A stretch of 64,000 nt of DNA. Source: an uncultured archaeon. Its GTDB lineage: Archaea; Asgardarchaeota; Thorarchaeia; Thorarchaeales; Thorarchaeaceae. The DNA lies in NCBI GenBank assembly GCA_964473825.1, contig CAYYQL010000001.1:64001-128000 (forward strand), read 5' to 3'. This document shows, in pieces, positions 19,064 to 29,405 of this stretch (positions are counted from its first letter, which is position 1; every line of letters starts with the position of its first letter). The notes below the pieces were generated by a model. It was given only the letters and a program-made list of their open reading frames with translations, ran no database searches and was not told the DNA's origin. The position numbers and the translations under genes were made by a program.

Positions 19064-21637
19064 TCATGGGATGAATTTGATGTGTCGTTCAATGCCAGTT
19101 CCGGCCTCTAAGAACTCAGTAAATGAGGGATAGAAGTGTTCCTCAGTATAACCGTAGTGGTTAGTCACCTCATCGTACTCGTTCCAGAGAACGAAGAGAT
19201 CAGACCAGTGCTGACTGAACATGTTGCCACTCTGGCCACCGGGATACACTGTGTAGTAAGCGGGATTGGGTCCATGTCTGACAACCATCCGTCTCGATGG
19301 CCCCCCGTCAACTGTCCAACCCCCAGCAGCGTTCAGTGTGTACCTACTGCCGGGATGCGGTGTTCCGCCCAGATAGGTGAAACCGGCAAGATGCTCGACG
19401 TTCAGAATATGATGCTCGCCGTATGTCCAGTCCGCCATGTCTGTACCCATATCCTCAACAATCTCGTTGTAGCACTGATGCAGAGCCAGCACCATGATGT
19501 CATCTATGGACTCAGTCTTGACTGTGTCATGATTGTCGATGTAATACGCGTCGTCAGTCCTTAGGATCTGTTCGAGGACAGGAGTACGGACAGATGTTGG
19601 ATCCAACCCTGCTGCAAAAACCTCATCGAACATAGCATACTTCAAGGCTCCGAGGAGATACCACCAGATTGTCGGAGCTGCACTATCAGTCGACATCACG
19701 AAGTCCCAAGACGAGAGAATATTAACCATGTCCTGTATCGATACATTGTTCTCCTCGCTATCCTCCCAGCCGTTCACAACAAAACCAACCATGCTCTCAG
19801 CTGAAACGTCTAGGACGTCGGCTTGGTAGACCATCATGTCTTCAACTGTGATGTCTGAGTCGGTCGCTAGCAAATGGTCGATCCGACGGCCCCGGTAAGA
19901 GTCAGATTGAGGACCCAGTAGAGAATAAGCGTAGATTGCTGGATCTATGGAGAGTTGATTCGCCGACTGAAGATAGCCCTGTGAGGGATTCAAGCTTCTC
20001 GGCAGATAGGCGTATGGGATTGAACCCGTCATCCCAATCGAGTCATTCAAACCCTGCACTGGATACTTCCCTGAATACCCGCATCTCACCGGGAATCTGC
20101 CCGCCACCGTGATTGCGATGTTGCCAGAGTCATCCGCATAGATGAAATTATGAGGTGGCGAGTCCCACCAATAGAGTGCATCGTAGTATCCATCTAGATC
20201 ATTGGCCAGATTCAGCATCGAAACGGCCAGAATCTCATGAGTGACACCAGTTCCGGTCCAGTTCATCGAGAGGTTCACAACGCTGTCCTCAGCAGGGCCA
20301 TAGCCATCAATGAGTGAATCAATGCACGGACCATGGACACTCCATGTAACTGGGAATTCAATCATGTTTCCCTCAGCGGTATAGATTAGTTCGTTCACAA
20401 CCTGGAAGTCGACCCATTCCCCATTGTAACGGTACTGGCTGGAATTGGTTGGATTGACCTCTTCCACAAAGAGATCGAGAAGGTCCGCACCAACATTGGT
20501 CATCCCCCAAGAGATATGCTTAGTATGACCAATGAGCACAGCTGGCGTTCCTGCGAGGCTACCGCCCTGAACATTCAACTCACCCGGAACAACGAGGTGG
20601 ACCTCGTACCATAGTGATGGTAGCTGAAGCTGGAGATGCGGATCGTTAGCCAGGATTGGATACCCCGTAGCACTCTTGGATCCATCGACCGCCCAGCTGT
20701 TACTGCCAATCACTGAGATATCAGCAAATGGATTGATGACCTGCGAGTCATAGGCAAGAAGAGCCTCTAACTCAGTGGATTCCAGTTGCATGATGTCTGG
20801 CTCGGCAGCTCGCGAATCTAGTTCCGAGGTTGCAGGTGCTGGCCAACCAGCGGGACCATCCGGGTACTCAGTTATGCTGAGATTGTATTGCTCAGGAACT
20901 ATCGGCACGGCATAGGGCATTACATCGGGGTAGAGGTTCTCCAGCATCGTTTCATTGTCGAGTCCCTCGCGTAAGGTGTAGCGTATGATATCCCTTCTGA
21001 AGCCTCCAGAGAGGCCCCAAGTCATCATCTTCGACCATATGAAAATGTCAACAGGTTCCCATGCCTCAGGGATGAATCCAAGAATCTTGAGCTCGATTGG
21101 GGTCTCACGGCTGCTCATTGAGTGCAAGAACGTGTTGATTCCGGTGACGTATGCATCTATGTTCTCCATCACGTACGCAACATCAGGGTCGGTTTCCGCC
21201 ATCTCTAGAAACGCCTGATACGTCAGCTCAGCCGACCGGGCTAGGCCTATAGTACGATAGTACTTGTCTGAACTGACAGCCCTTCCGCCAACAATCTCAC
21301 TGATGCGTCCTGCAGCAAGGTACTTCTGCATGGTCATCTGAAACAGCCGATCTCGAGCATGCAAATATCCTAACACCAGAAAAGCATCGGATATGGTCTC
21401 CGCGTAGATATGAGGAATGTCCCATTCATCGAGGATCACGTCCACTGGACTGCCAAGGTCAGATAGAACCAGAGTCTGAGATGTTGTGTCATTCACTCCG
21501 ATTCCGACATCATAAATGCCTCCTATAGGCTGCAATATCCCCAAACCACCTGCGAGTGGACCTATTGGGATGGTCAATAGTACTATCATAACAATTGGAC
21601 CTACGGCAGAAAAAGCGACCTTCAAAGACTTCTTCAT
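19064..21637 (-). CDS. Penicillin acylase / AHL acylase family Ntn-hydrolase (peptidase S45), N-terminally anchored
   Basis: DEWDIPHIYA, GYLHARDRLFQM, GSNSWAV (Ser nucleophile), LANDPHL, PGGQSG motifs. Confidence 0.93.
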   Translation of the reverse strand: MKKSLKVAFSAVGPIVMIVLLTIPIGPLAGGLGILQPIGGIYDVGIGVNDTTSQTLVLSDLGSPVDVILDEWDIPHIYAETISDAFLVLGYLHARDRLFQMTMQKYLAAGRISEIVGGRAVSSDKYYRTIGLARSAELTYQAFLEMAETDPDVAYVMENIDAYVTGINTFLHSMSSRETPIELKILGFIPEAWEPVDIFIWSKMMTWGLSGGFRRDIIRYTLREGLDNETMLENLYPDVMPYAVPIVPEQYNLSITEYPDGPAGWPAPATSELDSRAAEPDIMQLESTELEALLAYDSQVINPFADISVIGSNSWAVDGSKSATGYPILANDPHLQLQLPSLWYEVHLVVPGELNVQGGSLAGTPAVLIGHTKHISWGMTNVGADLLDLFVEEVNPTNSSQYRYNGEWVDFQVVNELIYTAEGNMIEFPVTWSVHGPCIDSLIDGYGPAEDSVVNLSMNWTGTGVTHEILAVSMLNLANDLDGYYDALYWWDSPPHNFIYADDSGNIAITVAGRFPVRCGYSGKYPVQGLNDSIGMTGSIPYAYLPRSLNPSQGYLQSANQLSIDPAIYAYSLLGPQSDSYRGRRIDHLLATDSDITVEDMMVYQADVLDVSAESMVGFVVNGWEDSEENNVSIQDMVNILSSWDFVMSTDSAAPTIWWYLLGALKYAMFDEVFAAGLDPTSVRTPVLEQILRTDDAYYIDNHDTVKTESIDDIMVLALHQCYNEIVEDMGTDMADWTYGEHHILNVEHLAGFTYLGGTPHPGSRYTLNAAGGWTVDGGPSRRMVVRHGPNPAYYTVYPGGQSGNMFSQHWSDLFVLWNEYDEVTNHYGYTEEHFYPSFTEFLEAGTGIERHIKFIP

Positions 21638-21864
21638 CTTTCTCCCTCAGACAGACGAACCAACCGTCTATACACAATCGAGGACTTAAGCTTTCTCAAA
21701 GATAGTGTCGACTGCGAAGTTACCAGAACGAACCATTTGATTGGCCAGGCGAGACCCATGTCATCTATCCCAACGTATCTGGTCAAGACGGAGTTTCATT
21801 GTTCTCACCACAAGAAGGTCTTGCTATAGATAGCACAGAAACACCATTATAGACTGAAAAACTC

Positions 21865-23388
21865 ATGTCAATCGGGTTAAAAATCGTGAGTGGAGTCCTA
21901 CATCTTGGTCTGCACGTTCTCTGCTACTCAGGATCGGGCATTATCCTCTATTCTTTGCGTCGGAAACTATCGCTAATACCGCTCTACATCTATCTCGGAA
22001 TCATTCTCGTCTTCACATCCATGATGAGCAGTTTCTATGTATTGCATGTGACCGAGGGAATCAGCGTAGGGGGCGGTAGTATTGCTTATGCTGCAGTCCT
22101 GTGGACAGTCCTCTATGTGTATGTGATGGAAAGAGACCTCTCAACCATCAAGTTCGTTATTCTAGGAGTCCTAGCAGTCCAGTTCATCTTCGTCTTGGCC
22201 TATCCATACTTCGGATGTCTACTTGATTACGGGGGGGTGACAAATCCCCTAGATATCCCTCCTGAGCTGTTCAATGTGAGCTTTGGAATATTCTGGGTTG
22301 GCAACGTATTGGCACTTATTGAGATGGTACTCATGATATTTCTTGTCGAGTGGATGCGAGAACGGCTCCCGAGTATTCCCCCCGTGATTCACGTTGCTGT
22401 TGTTTACAATCTCACGCTTCTCATTGATAGCGTCCTCTATCCGCTATTTGCATATCCTGTGACGCAATCCATATCCATCGTTCAGGGGCTGGCCTCGCTG
22501 CTGAGCAAGCTGCTTCTTGGGATGTTCTACAGCCTGATGCTCTTCGTTGGCATCATTCCTTTCAGGCCGAGGTACGGAAAAGGGGAAGATCATGCTCGTC
22601 TGAGCCTGAGCGACATGATATCACTACCCCAGACCAAGGTCATCGACGCATGGCGACAGGCACAGAAGAATCAGGAGCTTGTGAGCTTGCTACTTAGCAT
22701 TCTGGGTCATGACATCCGGAACTATAATGCAATGACGATCAGCACACTTGAAGCTCTCCTCATGGAGCATCCAGACTTGGACGATGATGTGCAGGACATG
22801 TTGACAGAGATTCAGAAAGTCCAGTATCAGTCGACAGAACTTCTCAAGAACACACTTACACTGGAATCTCTTCAAAAGGGTAACGTCGAAACGATACCCA
22901 TAGAAATCAGGAAGGTGCTAGTGGAAGCAAGAGGCAGAGTTGACGAATCATATCCTCATATCGCACTCCTGTTAGATGGTACCGAGGCTCTTACCGGTCT
23001 GCGAACTCGTGGAAACGAGTTATTCAATGTCGCTCTCTACAATATTCTGTCTAACATGGTGAAATACAGAAAGCCGAACCAGAACACTGTTACAGTGGAG
23101 ATCAGCTCAGAGGTAGAGAATGGGTTCTTGCATCTCGTTCTATGTGATCAAGGAATCGGAATTCCCGATGATACCAAGCAACAGGTCTTTGATAGCATCG
23201 AGACGCGGCCGCGCCATTCGAACTTTGGGCTCTATTTGGTCAAGAAGATACTGAGTCTGGCGGATTCCGGGATTCGTGTTGAGAACAGACCTGATTCTCC
23301 TAACGACTATTCGAAGGGAACTGCTTTTCACTTGAGATTACCCCTCGCAAAAGAGCGTCATGCTGAAACCCAAACCTCAGAGACCTGA
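21865..23388 (+). CDS. Membrane sensor histidine kinase with VUT/YhhQ-like N-terminal domain
   Basis: About 7 TM segments, H-box GHDIRN, N-box NILSNMVKY, G1 DQGIGI, G2 FGLYLVK. Confidence 0.88.
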   Translation: MSIGLKIVSGVLHLGLHVLCYSGSGIILYSLRRKLSLIPLYIYLGIILVFTSMMSSFYVLHVTEGISVGGGSIAYAAVLWTVLYVYVMERDLSTIKFVILGVLAVQFIFVLAYPYFGCLLDYGGVTNPLDIPPELFNVSFGIFWVGNVLALIEMVLMIFLVEWMRERLPSIPPVIHVAVVYNLTLLIDSVLYPLFAYPVTQSISIVQGLASLLSKLLLGMFYSLMLFVGIIPFRPRYGKGEDHARLSLSDMISLPQTKVIDAWRQAQKNQELVSLLLSILGHDIRNYNAMTISTLEALLMEHPDLDDDVQDMLTEIQKVQYQSTELLKNTLTLESLQKGNVETIPIEIRKVLVEARGRVDESYPHIALLLDGTEALTGLRTRGNELFNVALYNILSNMVKYRKPNQNTVTVEISSEVENGFLHLVLCDQGIGIPDDTKQQVFDSIETRPRHSNFGLYLVKKILSLADSGIRVENRPDSPNDYSKGTAFHLRLPLAKERHAETQTSET

Positions 23389-23465
23389 GAATTGTCTGTT
23401 CGAGGTCGGCGACAGCCATATCAATGTGGTTGCAGACAAGCAGGTCTCGTTCGGAATCATCTAGC

Positions 23466-25271
23466 CTAATCGAAATGTCGCAGAAAGAGCACCCGAAAGT
23501 CGGCCCCTCTAGTATGATCACCTGACACTCTATCCCGCACATAGACGAAACCCCCGTATTTCTCCGCTATCTGAGACACCTGATGAAGCCCCACACCCCC
23601 GTATCTTCTGCTAGGATCAAATAACTCGCTCTTCCTTGTATCTGGCAGGCCAGGACCATTATCCTTGACACTTAGCTCGTACCCCTTGATGACTTTCGTG
23701 AGCTGAACCCAGATGCGTTTATCCTGGCGGGGATTCGACTCAACCGCATTTTCGAGAAGGTTCGTCACCAAGTACTCCAGATTACTATCAGCGGCAATCG
23801 TTGGCTCATCAGGTTGAATCTCAACTTTGATCGTCACATCACTGTTCAAGTTCTGGATTCTCTTTACCGTGTTCAGAATTACCGTGTCGAGCCTTCGAGC
23901 TCTCAGAGGTTCTTGGGAAAGCTGTTCTGTCCGTTTGGCCTTGTCAATCAGACGCGCAATCTTGTGGACGCCTTCTTTTATTGCACTCAAGGATTCCTTG
24001 AAGAGTGCATCATCTTCTGATTCACACAACAGGTCGGTTCCGATAGAGATTCCCTGAAGATGATTCCGAACATCGTGACCAAGAAGATCAAGATAGAGGC
24101 GTGCAGAGTCTTCAGCTCTTTTGAGTTGAGTTATGTCCCTGAACAACCAGACTCGAACAGCAACGTCGTTGCCCTCCAGTATAGCGCTTGTGTAGTACTC
24201 GAACACCACTCCATTTCTGAATCTCAGAATCCCCTTCCCATCCACATCCGAGTTCTGAAGCTCTTCGAGTCGCATGAGAAACTCGTCTGCGTCTCTAATA
24301 CCTGTTCGAAGAGCCTCAAACACCTCACGGACTCGCATGATGTCCAGTTCAATACCAGGCAACGAAAAATTGTGATCGAATCTCGTGTTCCAGTGCATGG
24401 CATGCCCGGAGGAGTCCACCACGAGAATGCCTGCATCCACTGCCTCAATCGTGGCCGCGTAAAGTCCCTCGACGCTCTGGATTGCTCTCAGAGCCTCCCT
24501 TGTCTCGGTGATGTCTCGAACACCGACGACAACGCTGCCCTGCGCCTCAAGAAGAGAAAAAGTGGCCTCGAAGTGTCTTGTTCTGTCGTTCAATTCCAGC
24601 GTGTATTCCAGGGTTTCTACACCCCCATGCGCTCGCAAGCGCGCGATGGCTTGGAGATGTTCTCTGGCGACTTGAGGTGGAATAACTTCTCGCATATGCT
24701 TCCCAAGAAACTCTGAAGGGGACATGTATAGTAGACTCTCATCCGATGCGAAGTAGTCAGAGTAGTGATTATGCTCGTCTATTACAAAGACCAAATCGTG
24801 CAGAGCATAAATCAGGTCTCGGAACTTCTGTTCGCTCTCTCTCAGAGCCATCTCTGCCTGCCGTTTCTGGCGCAGTAGCTCGGTTCTTCTGAGGGTTTCG
24901 TCAATAGTTCCAAGGAGTTTGTCCATATCAATAGGTTTTGTTAGGTATGCTACAGCATTTGTGTTAAGGGAGTCTATTGCGGTCTCTATAGACGCGTAGC
25001 CCGTCATCACTATCACAGCCGTGTCTGGCTGCAGTTCTTCTAGATCCCTGAGCACTATGGTTCCTCCTTGGTCGGGAAGCCGCAAATCAAGAAGAACCAC
25101 ATCAAAATCCATGCTACGTGCCATTCTGAGAGCTTCGGCCCCTGTGTGAGCTGTGACGGTGGCATATCCCCGCCTAATGAATATGTTCTTCAGACTCTTG
25201 CATAGACTCTTATTGTCATCAACAACGAGGATTCTGGCTGTTTCAGCATAGCTCTCAGTACCGGCAGTCAG
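23466..25271 (-). CDS. Hybrid REC-PAS-PAS histidine kinase; probable CTG start at 25271
   Basis: Receiver strand 1 (RILVVDDN) is in frame upstream of the first ATG (25124); LLDLRLPD, TGY, KP; two PAS domains; HDVRN, NLLENAV, DNGPGL, GVGL. Confidence 0.9.
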   Translation of the reverse strand: MTAGTESYAETARILVVDDNKSLCKSLKNIFIRRGYATVTAHTGAEALRMARSMDFDVVLLDLRLPDQGGTIVLRDLEELQPDTAVIVMTGYASIETAIDSLNTNAVAYLTKPIDMDKLLGTIDETLRRTELLRQKRQAEMALRESEQKFRDLIYALHDLVFVIDEHNHYSDYFASDESLLYMSPSEFLGKHMREVIPPQVAREHLQAIARLRAHGGVETLEYTLELNDRTRHFEATFSLLEAQGSVVVGVRDITETREALRAIQSVEGLYAATIEAVDAGILVVDSSGHAMHWNTRFDHNFSLPGIELDIMRVREVFEALRTGIRDADEFLMRLEELQNSDVDGKGILRFRNGVVFEYYTSAILEGNDVAVRVWLFRDITQLKRAEDSARLYLDLLGHDVRNHLQGISIGTDLLCESEDDALFKESLSAIKEGVHKIARLIDKAKRTEQLSQEPLRARRLDTVILNTVKRIQNLNSDVTIKVEIQPDEPTIAADSNLEYLVTNLLENAVESNPRQDKRIWVQLTKVIKGYELSVKDNGPGLPDTRKSELFDPSRRYGGVGLHQVSQIAEKYGGFVYVRDRVSGDHTRGADFRVLFLRHFD

Positions 25272-25425
25272 GGCAGTACACCTCCACCCATTCTCCTGCG
25301 CCTCTTCGAACCAAACCGCTGCATGCGACGGAAATCATTATCTACATATGCGTTCGAGCATCTCAGAACAACAATCTGAGGACCATCCGCGTCAAGAACA
25401 CCACATAATCCGCCATCCGTTACAG

Positions 25426-26181
25426 TTATTGAGCATTCCCTCCTGAAATGACCTCTCTCACGGTGGCAAGGACTCTCTCAAGGTCAAGCGGCTTCCCGAA
25501 GTAGGCATAAGCAGAATGAGCGAGAGCGCGGTCTATCTGGTTACTCATCTCCTGAGGGAATCCAGTGATAATGACGACAACCATTGATGAATTGTCTTGT
25601 TTTATCGTGAGAAAAGTTTCGAAACCGCTCATCTTTGGAAGCTTCATGTCAAGAAAGACAATATCACATTCCTTCTCTTTCAAAATCTGAATGGCCTGTT
25701 CGCCTGTTTCAGCTTTCAGAACGGTCAATCCCTTTTTCTCTAACACCTTGGAGAACGTGTCTGTGAATGAACGATCGTCATCTACCACCAACACAAGCCT
25801 CTCCTGTCTGGATCCCGTGACCTCTGTTATGCGCCGCAAGACCTCTGCGAAGTCTATTGGCTTGTGTATGATGTCGTTTGCTCCTTCTTCAAAAGCATCC
25901 TGAATGAGGTTCTCGACTGAGTATCCCGTCATCATCACAACAACTGCTTTCGGTAAGACTGGCTTGATTTGTTTGAGCGCTTCGACCCCACCCATTTCAG
26001 GCATCTTGATGTCCATGAAGACCAAGTCGATATTCGGATGCTCTTTGGCTATCTCGACTGCCTCACTTCCACTGTTTGCGGTTATGACCGAGTGACCCAA
26101 CCGACTGAGGATGTGCGACATCGTCTTACTAACGCTCTCTCTGTCATCGACGACTAGTATACTGATAGAATCAGCCACCAC
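25426..26181 (-). CDS. Tandem double-receiver (REC-REC) response regulator
   Basis: Two complete sets of DD / D(IKMP, MKLP) / T / KP motifs; no output domain; 2 nt from the upstream kinase. Confidence 0.95.
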   Translation of the reverse strand: MVADSISILVVDDRESVSKTMSHILSRLGHSVITANSGSEAVEIAKEHPNIDLVFMDIKMPEMGGVEALKQIKPVLPKAVVVMMTGYSVENLIQDAFEEGANDIIHKPIDFAEVLRRITEVTGSRQERLVLVVDDDRSFTDTFSKVLEKKGLTVLKAETGEQAIQILKEKECDIVFLDMKLPKMSGFETFLTIKQDNSSMVVVIITGFPQEMSNQIDRALAHSAYAYFGKPLDLERVLATVREVISGGNAQ

Positions 26182-26183
26182 AA

Positions 26184-29100
26184 TCAGCCCTCCTCATAAC
26201 GGGGCAGGTAGACTGTGAAAGTCGTCCCCACTCTTATCTCGCTGGAAACCTCAATCCGTCCATCGTGTGCTTCAACCATCGACTTCGTTATCGCAAGCCC
26301 CAGACCAATCCCCTTTGCTTTAGTTGTAAAGAGGGGCTCAAAGATTCTACCCAAATCTTCTTCTTCTATGCCTGTCCCTGTGTCAGACACTGATATGGCC
26401 AGTTCATCAGTCGTCACACGATCGAGTGATACGCTGATCTTACCTTCTTCGGGTATCGCTTCAACTGCATTCGTGATAAGGTTCTGGAAAACGTGTTCAA
26501 GTTGTACAGGGTCAGCTAGGAGAATTGAGGATTCTCTATCGAACTCCGTCTGGAGATTAATCCTTGGTGGTATTTCGAGCTGTAGTATCAGTTTATTCAA
26601 GAGCTTTACGATATTTACTTTTTGTCTCGTTCGAGGTTCAGGACGGGCAAAACTGAGGAGACTCTCGATGATACTGACTGTGTTATTGACTTCTTTGTCA
26701 AGAATGTCCAGTGTCTCTTTGACATCTTCATCCGGGCTATCGATTGCCATTTGAAGGAAGTAGATTCCATTCTTGATTGCAGCCAACGGGTTTCGTATCT
26801 CGTGAGATATCCCGCCACTGAGCTGACCAAGGACAGCTAGGCGTTCTTTCCGCACTAACTCGTCCTGAAGCTGTTTCAATTCTGACAGGTCTCGAGCGAT
26901 AACAACAAAATGTGTCGGAACTCCCTCTTCATCTCTGAGGACACTCACATTCATTCTAGATGAAAGCGTGCTTCCGTCTTTTCGCACGAGCCCATATTCG
27001 CGATTGCGTAGAGCTCCTTCTTTCAGAATCGCCTCATTGTTCGCTATCACCCTTTCGCGATCTTCAGGAACAAACAGCGTGCGTGCATCCATACCTATCA
27101 TCTCATCCGAAGAATTGTAACCGTGCATCTCTGCGGCCATCTGATTTGCCATCACTATCTGCATGTCGAGATCGGTCACAACCACCGCGTCAGGCATCGT
27201 TTCGAGTGTCGTTCGATAAAGCTCTCCGCTGCGGCGAATCTCCGCAGTTCGCTCTTCCACCCTCTGCTCGAGGGTCTTATTCAGTTCTCTAAGAGCGTGC
27301 TCAGCTTGCTTGAGTTCCGTGATATCAACTGAAAGAACGAGGATTCTATCAATACTCCCGTCATCACTCTTGACCGGGATGGCTCTAATCAAGAACACTC
27401 TGCCGCCATACTCCCCCTCGAACTCGATCTTTTGTCCACCAAGTACCTTTTTGTACTGTTCAGCCACCGATTCAGCTATGTCCGGGGGGAGAATGTCAAA
27501 GATGGGTTTACCCACCAGCGTTTCATTATTGAGACCAAGAGATTCCAGCAACTCTCCAGCGCTGAAGACGTACTTGAGGTCCCTGTCCATGAGGTGGACT
27601 AGACCGCCAGGAATGCTGTCCGCAATGAGTTGGCGGTTGCGCTTCGCCTTCTTTCGCTCAGTGATATCCTGTACCTGTATGAAGAGCCGAACAGGGTGAC
27701 CATTAGCATCTCGAACAAGTGACGCATTTACGTCGGCAAACACAACACTCCCGTTCTGGTGCAGATATCGCATTTCGAAGCCGACTCCCCGCTTCTCGCC
27801 CTCTAGGAGGCGGTCGAATTCGTGTTTCGCGGTCTGTACGTCGTCAGGATAGGCATAATCCCAGAGTTTCTTCGCAGTGAGCTCCTCTTTCGGATAACCT
27901 GTCAACTTGGAAAATGATCTGTTGACATCAATGATATCACCATCCAAACCCAATGCTACAATTCCGAGGGCTGCATTTTCGATTGCCATGCTGAGGAGCT
28001 GTTCCCTCTCTCTGAGAGAATTATCAAGCTCCCTCATTGACAATGCGCGAGCAATCTGGTTGGTGATCTCATCGATGAGCGATAGTTCTTCATCGACGAA
28101 TGGCCCTAGTTCCTCTTCTGGTCGTTCCTCAGTGTAGGCTACTGCTACTTCCACTGGGGCACCCTGAGCTGTGTGTGTGCGCGATACTAGCATCCAATCT
28201 GTCTCTTGGAATCCGTCACTCAAGACAACGTCATCTTCGTGCTTGATACGAACCTCTGTGATGTCAGGATATTGCCACCCTTGGGCAACTGGCCCAATCA
28301 AATCATTCAGGATATCCAGAATGGGACGGGCTGTATCTCGCAGGACCTGGCTCACAGCATACAGGCAAGTCTGTTCTTTCACCCGCTCTCGAAGGGCGAT
28401 GTTGGTGTCCTGCAGTTCTTTCGTCCGGGCCTCAACACGCGACTCCAACTCAAGATTGAGCTCGCGTAGGCTCTCCTCACCCTCACGTCTTGCGCGTTCA
28501 GCCTGATTCTTTGACCAGGCGAAGGAAAGGTCGGCCGCGACTTCTCTAAGGAGGTCAATCTCCTGTTCGTCCAGAGTCTCCCTCTCCGTTACGAAGACCT
28601 GCAGAACGCCAATAGACCGTTCGTGTTCCGTCAATGGAAGAGTGATTGTGCAGTATGGTGTCTCTTGGTTGTCTGCACGAAAAGAGCACTCTACACATTC
28701 ATTGGCAGAATCAATCACCTGAGGCTCGCACGAGATGATGGCTTCTCGTATGCAGTCAGGGGCATATCCTTCACCCCCAGTGGTTACCGATATCTCGTCT
28801 CTCAGTCGGCATCCGCCGGAATGAGCCATCTCTCTAATCGTTTCTCCATCATCACTTACAAGTGCAATCGTACAACCAGCGTATCCCCTCGCTTTGACCA
28901 TGGACGAGGATGCCTTGTTCAGCATCTTGCCGAAATCCGGCTCCTGAACGATGATCTGATTGACGTCCCTAATCGCCTTGAGCAAGGAGTTCAGCCGACC
29001 CATCTGCATATGCATCTCTTGAAGGGATGATTCGGATTCGCTTTGAGAAGAGGAGCGCGTAAAGTGCCACAGAATGCCTGTGGGGCAGTCTGCATCATGA

Positions 29101-29405
29101 ATGAGAGAGCATTCCACGTTAAGCACTAGCGTCTGGTTCGCGGCTACATCGGGCACCATCTCGTCAGAGTAGGATGTTCTGCTGATTACCAGTTCCCTCA
29201 TTTCATCAGCCCTTGATGGCGACTTCCAGAGTCGGTTAACTGTCCCCCCTACAACCTCTTCCTCAGAATACCCCCACAACTCGAGAAGCGCCTTGTTGAC
29301 GAAGGTAACTATTCCGTCCAAATCACTAATGGCCAGAGGATGGACTATGGCATCTAGAAAACATCTAATAACGCTAGAACTGAGTTCAGATTCTGGCTCC
29401 CGCAT
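26184..29405 (-). CDS. Multi-sensor PAS-GAF-GAF-like-PAS-PAS-PAS histidine kinase (NtrB-like core)
   Basis: ERLAVLGQLSGGISHEIRNPL, NLITNAVEA, DTGTGI, FEPLFTTKAKGIGLGL; several PAS/PAC ends (DITE.K). Confidence 0.95.
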   Translation of the reverse strand: MREPESELSSSVIRCFLDAIVHPLAISDLDGIVTFVNKALLELWGYSEEEVVGGTVNRLWKSPSRADEMRELVISRTSYSDEMVPDVAANQTLVLNVECSLIHDADCPTGILWHFTRSSSQSESESSLQEMHMQMGRLNSLLKAIRDVNQIIVQEPDFGKMLNKASSSMVKARGYAGCTIALVSDDGETIREMAHSGGCRLRDEISVTTGGEGYAPDCIREAIISCEPQVIDSANECVECSFRADNQETPYCTITLPLTEHERSIGVLQVFVTERETLDEQEIDLLREVAADLSFAWSKNQAERARREGEESLRELNLELESRVEARTKELQDTNIALRERVKEQTCLYAVSQVLRDTARPILDILNDLIGPVAQGWQYPDITEVRIKHEDDVVLSDGFQETDWMLVSRTHTAQGAPVEVAVAYTEERPEEELGPFVDEELSLIDEITNQIARALSMRELDNSLREREQLLSMAIENAALGIVALGLDGDIIDVNRSFSKLTGYPKEELTAKKLWDYAYPDDVQTAKHEFDRLLEGEKRGVGFEMRYLHQNGSVVFADVNASLVRDANGHPVRLFIQVQDITERKKAKRNRQLIADSIPGGLVHLMDRDLKYVFSAGELLESLGLNNETLVGKPIFDILPPDIAESVAEQYKKVLGGQKIEFEGEYGGRVFLIRAIPVKSDDGSIDRILVLSVDITELKQAEHALRELNKTLEQRVEERTAEIRRSGELYRTTLETMPDAVVVTDLDMQIVMANQMAAEMHGYNSSDEMIGMDARTLFVPEDRERVIANNEAILKEGALRNREYGLVRKDGSTLSSRMNVSVLRDEEGVPTHFVVIARDLSELKQLQDELVRKERLAVLGQLSGGISHEIRNPLAAIKNGIYFLQMAIDSPDEDVKETLDILDKEVNNTVSIIESLLSFARPEPRTRQKVNIVKLLNKLILQLEIPPRINLQTEFDRESSILLADPVQLEHVFQNLITNAVEAIPEEGKISVSLDRVTTDELAISVSDTGTGIEEEDLGRIFEPLFTTKAKGIGLGLAITKSMVEAHDGRIEVSSEIRVGTTFTVYLPRYEEG

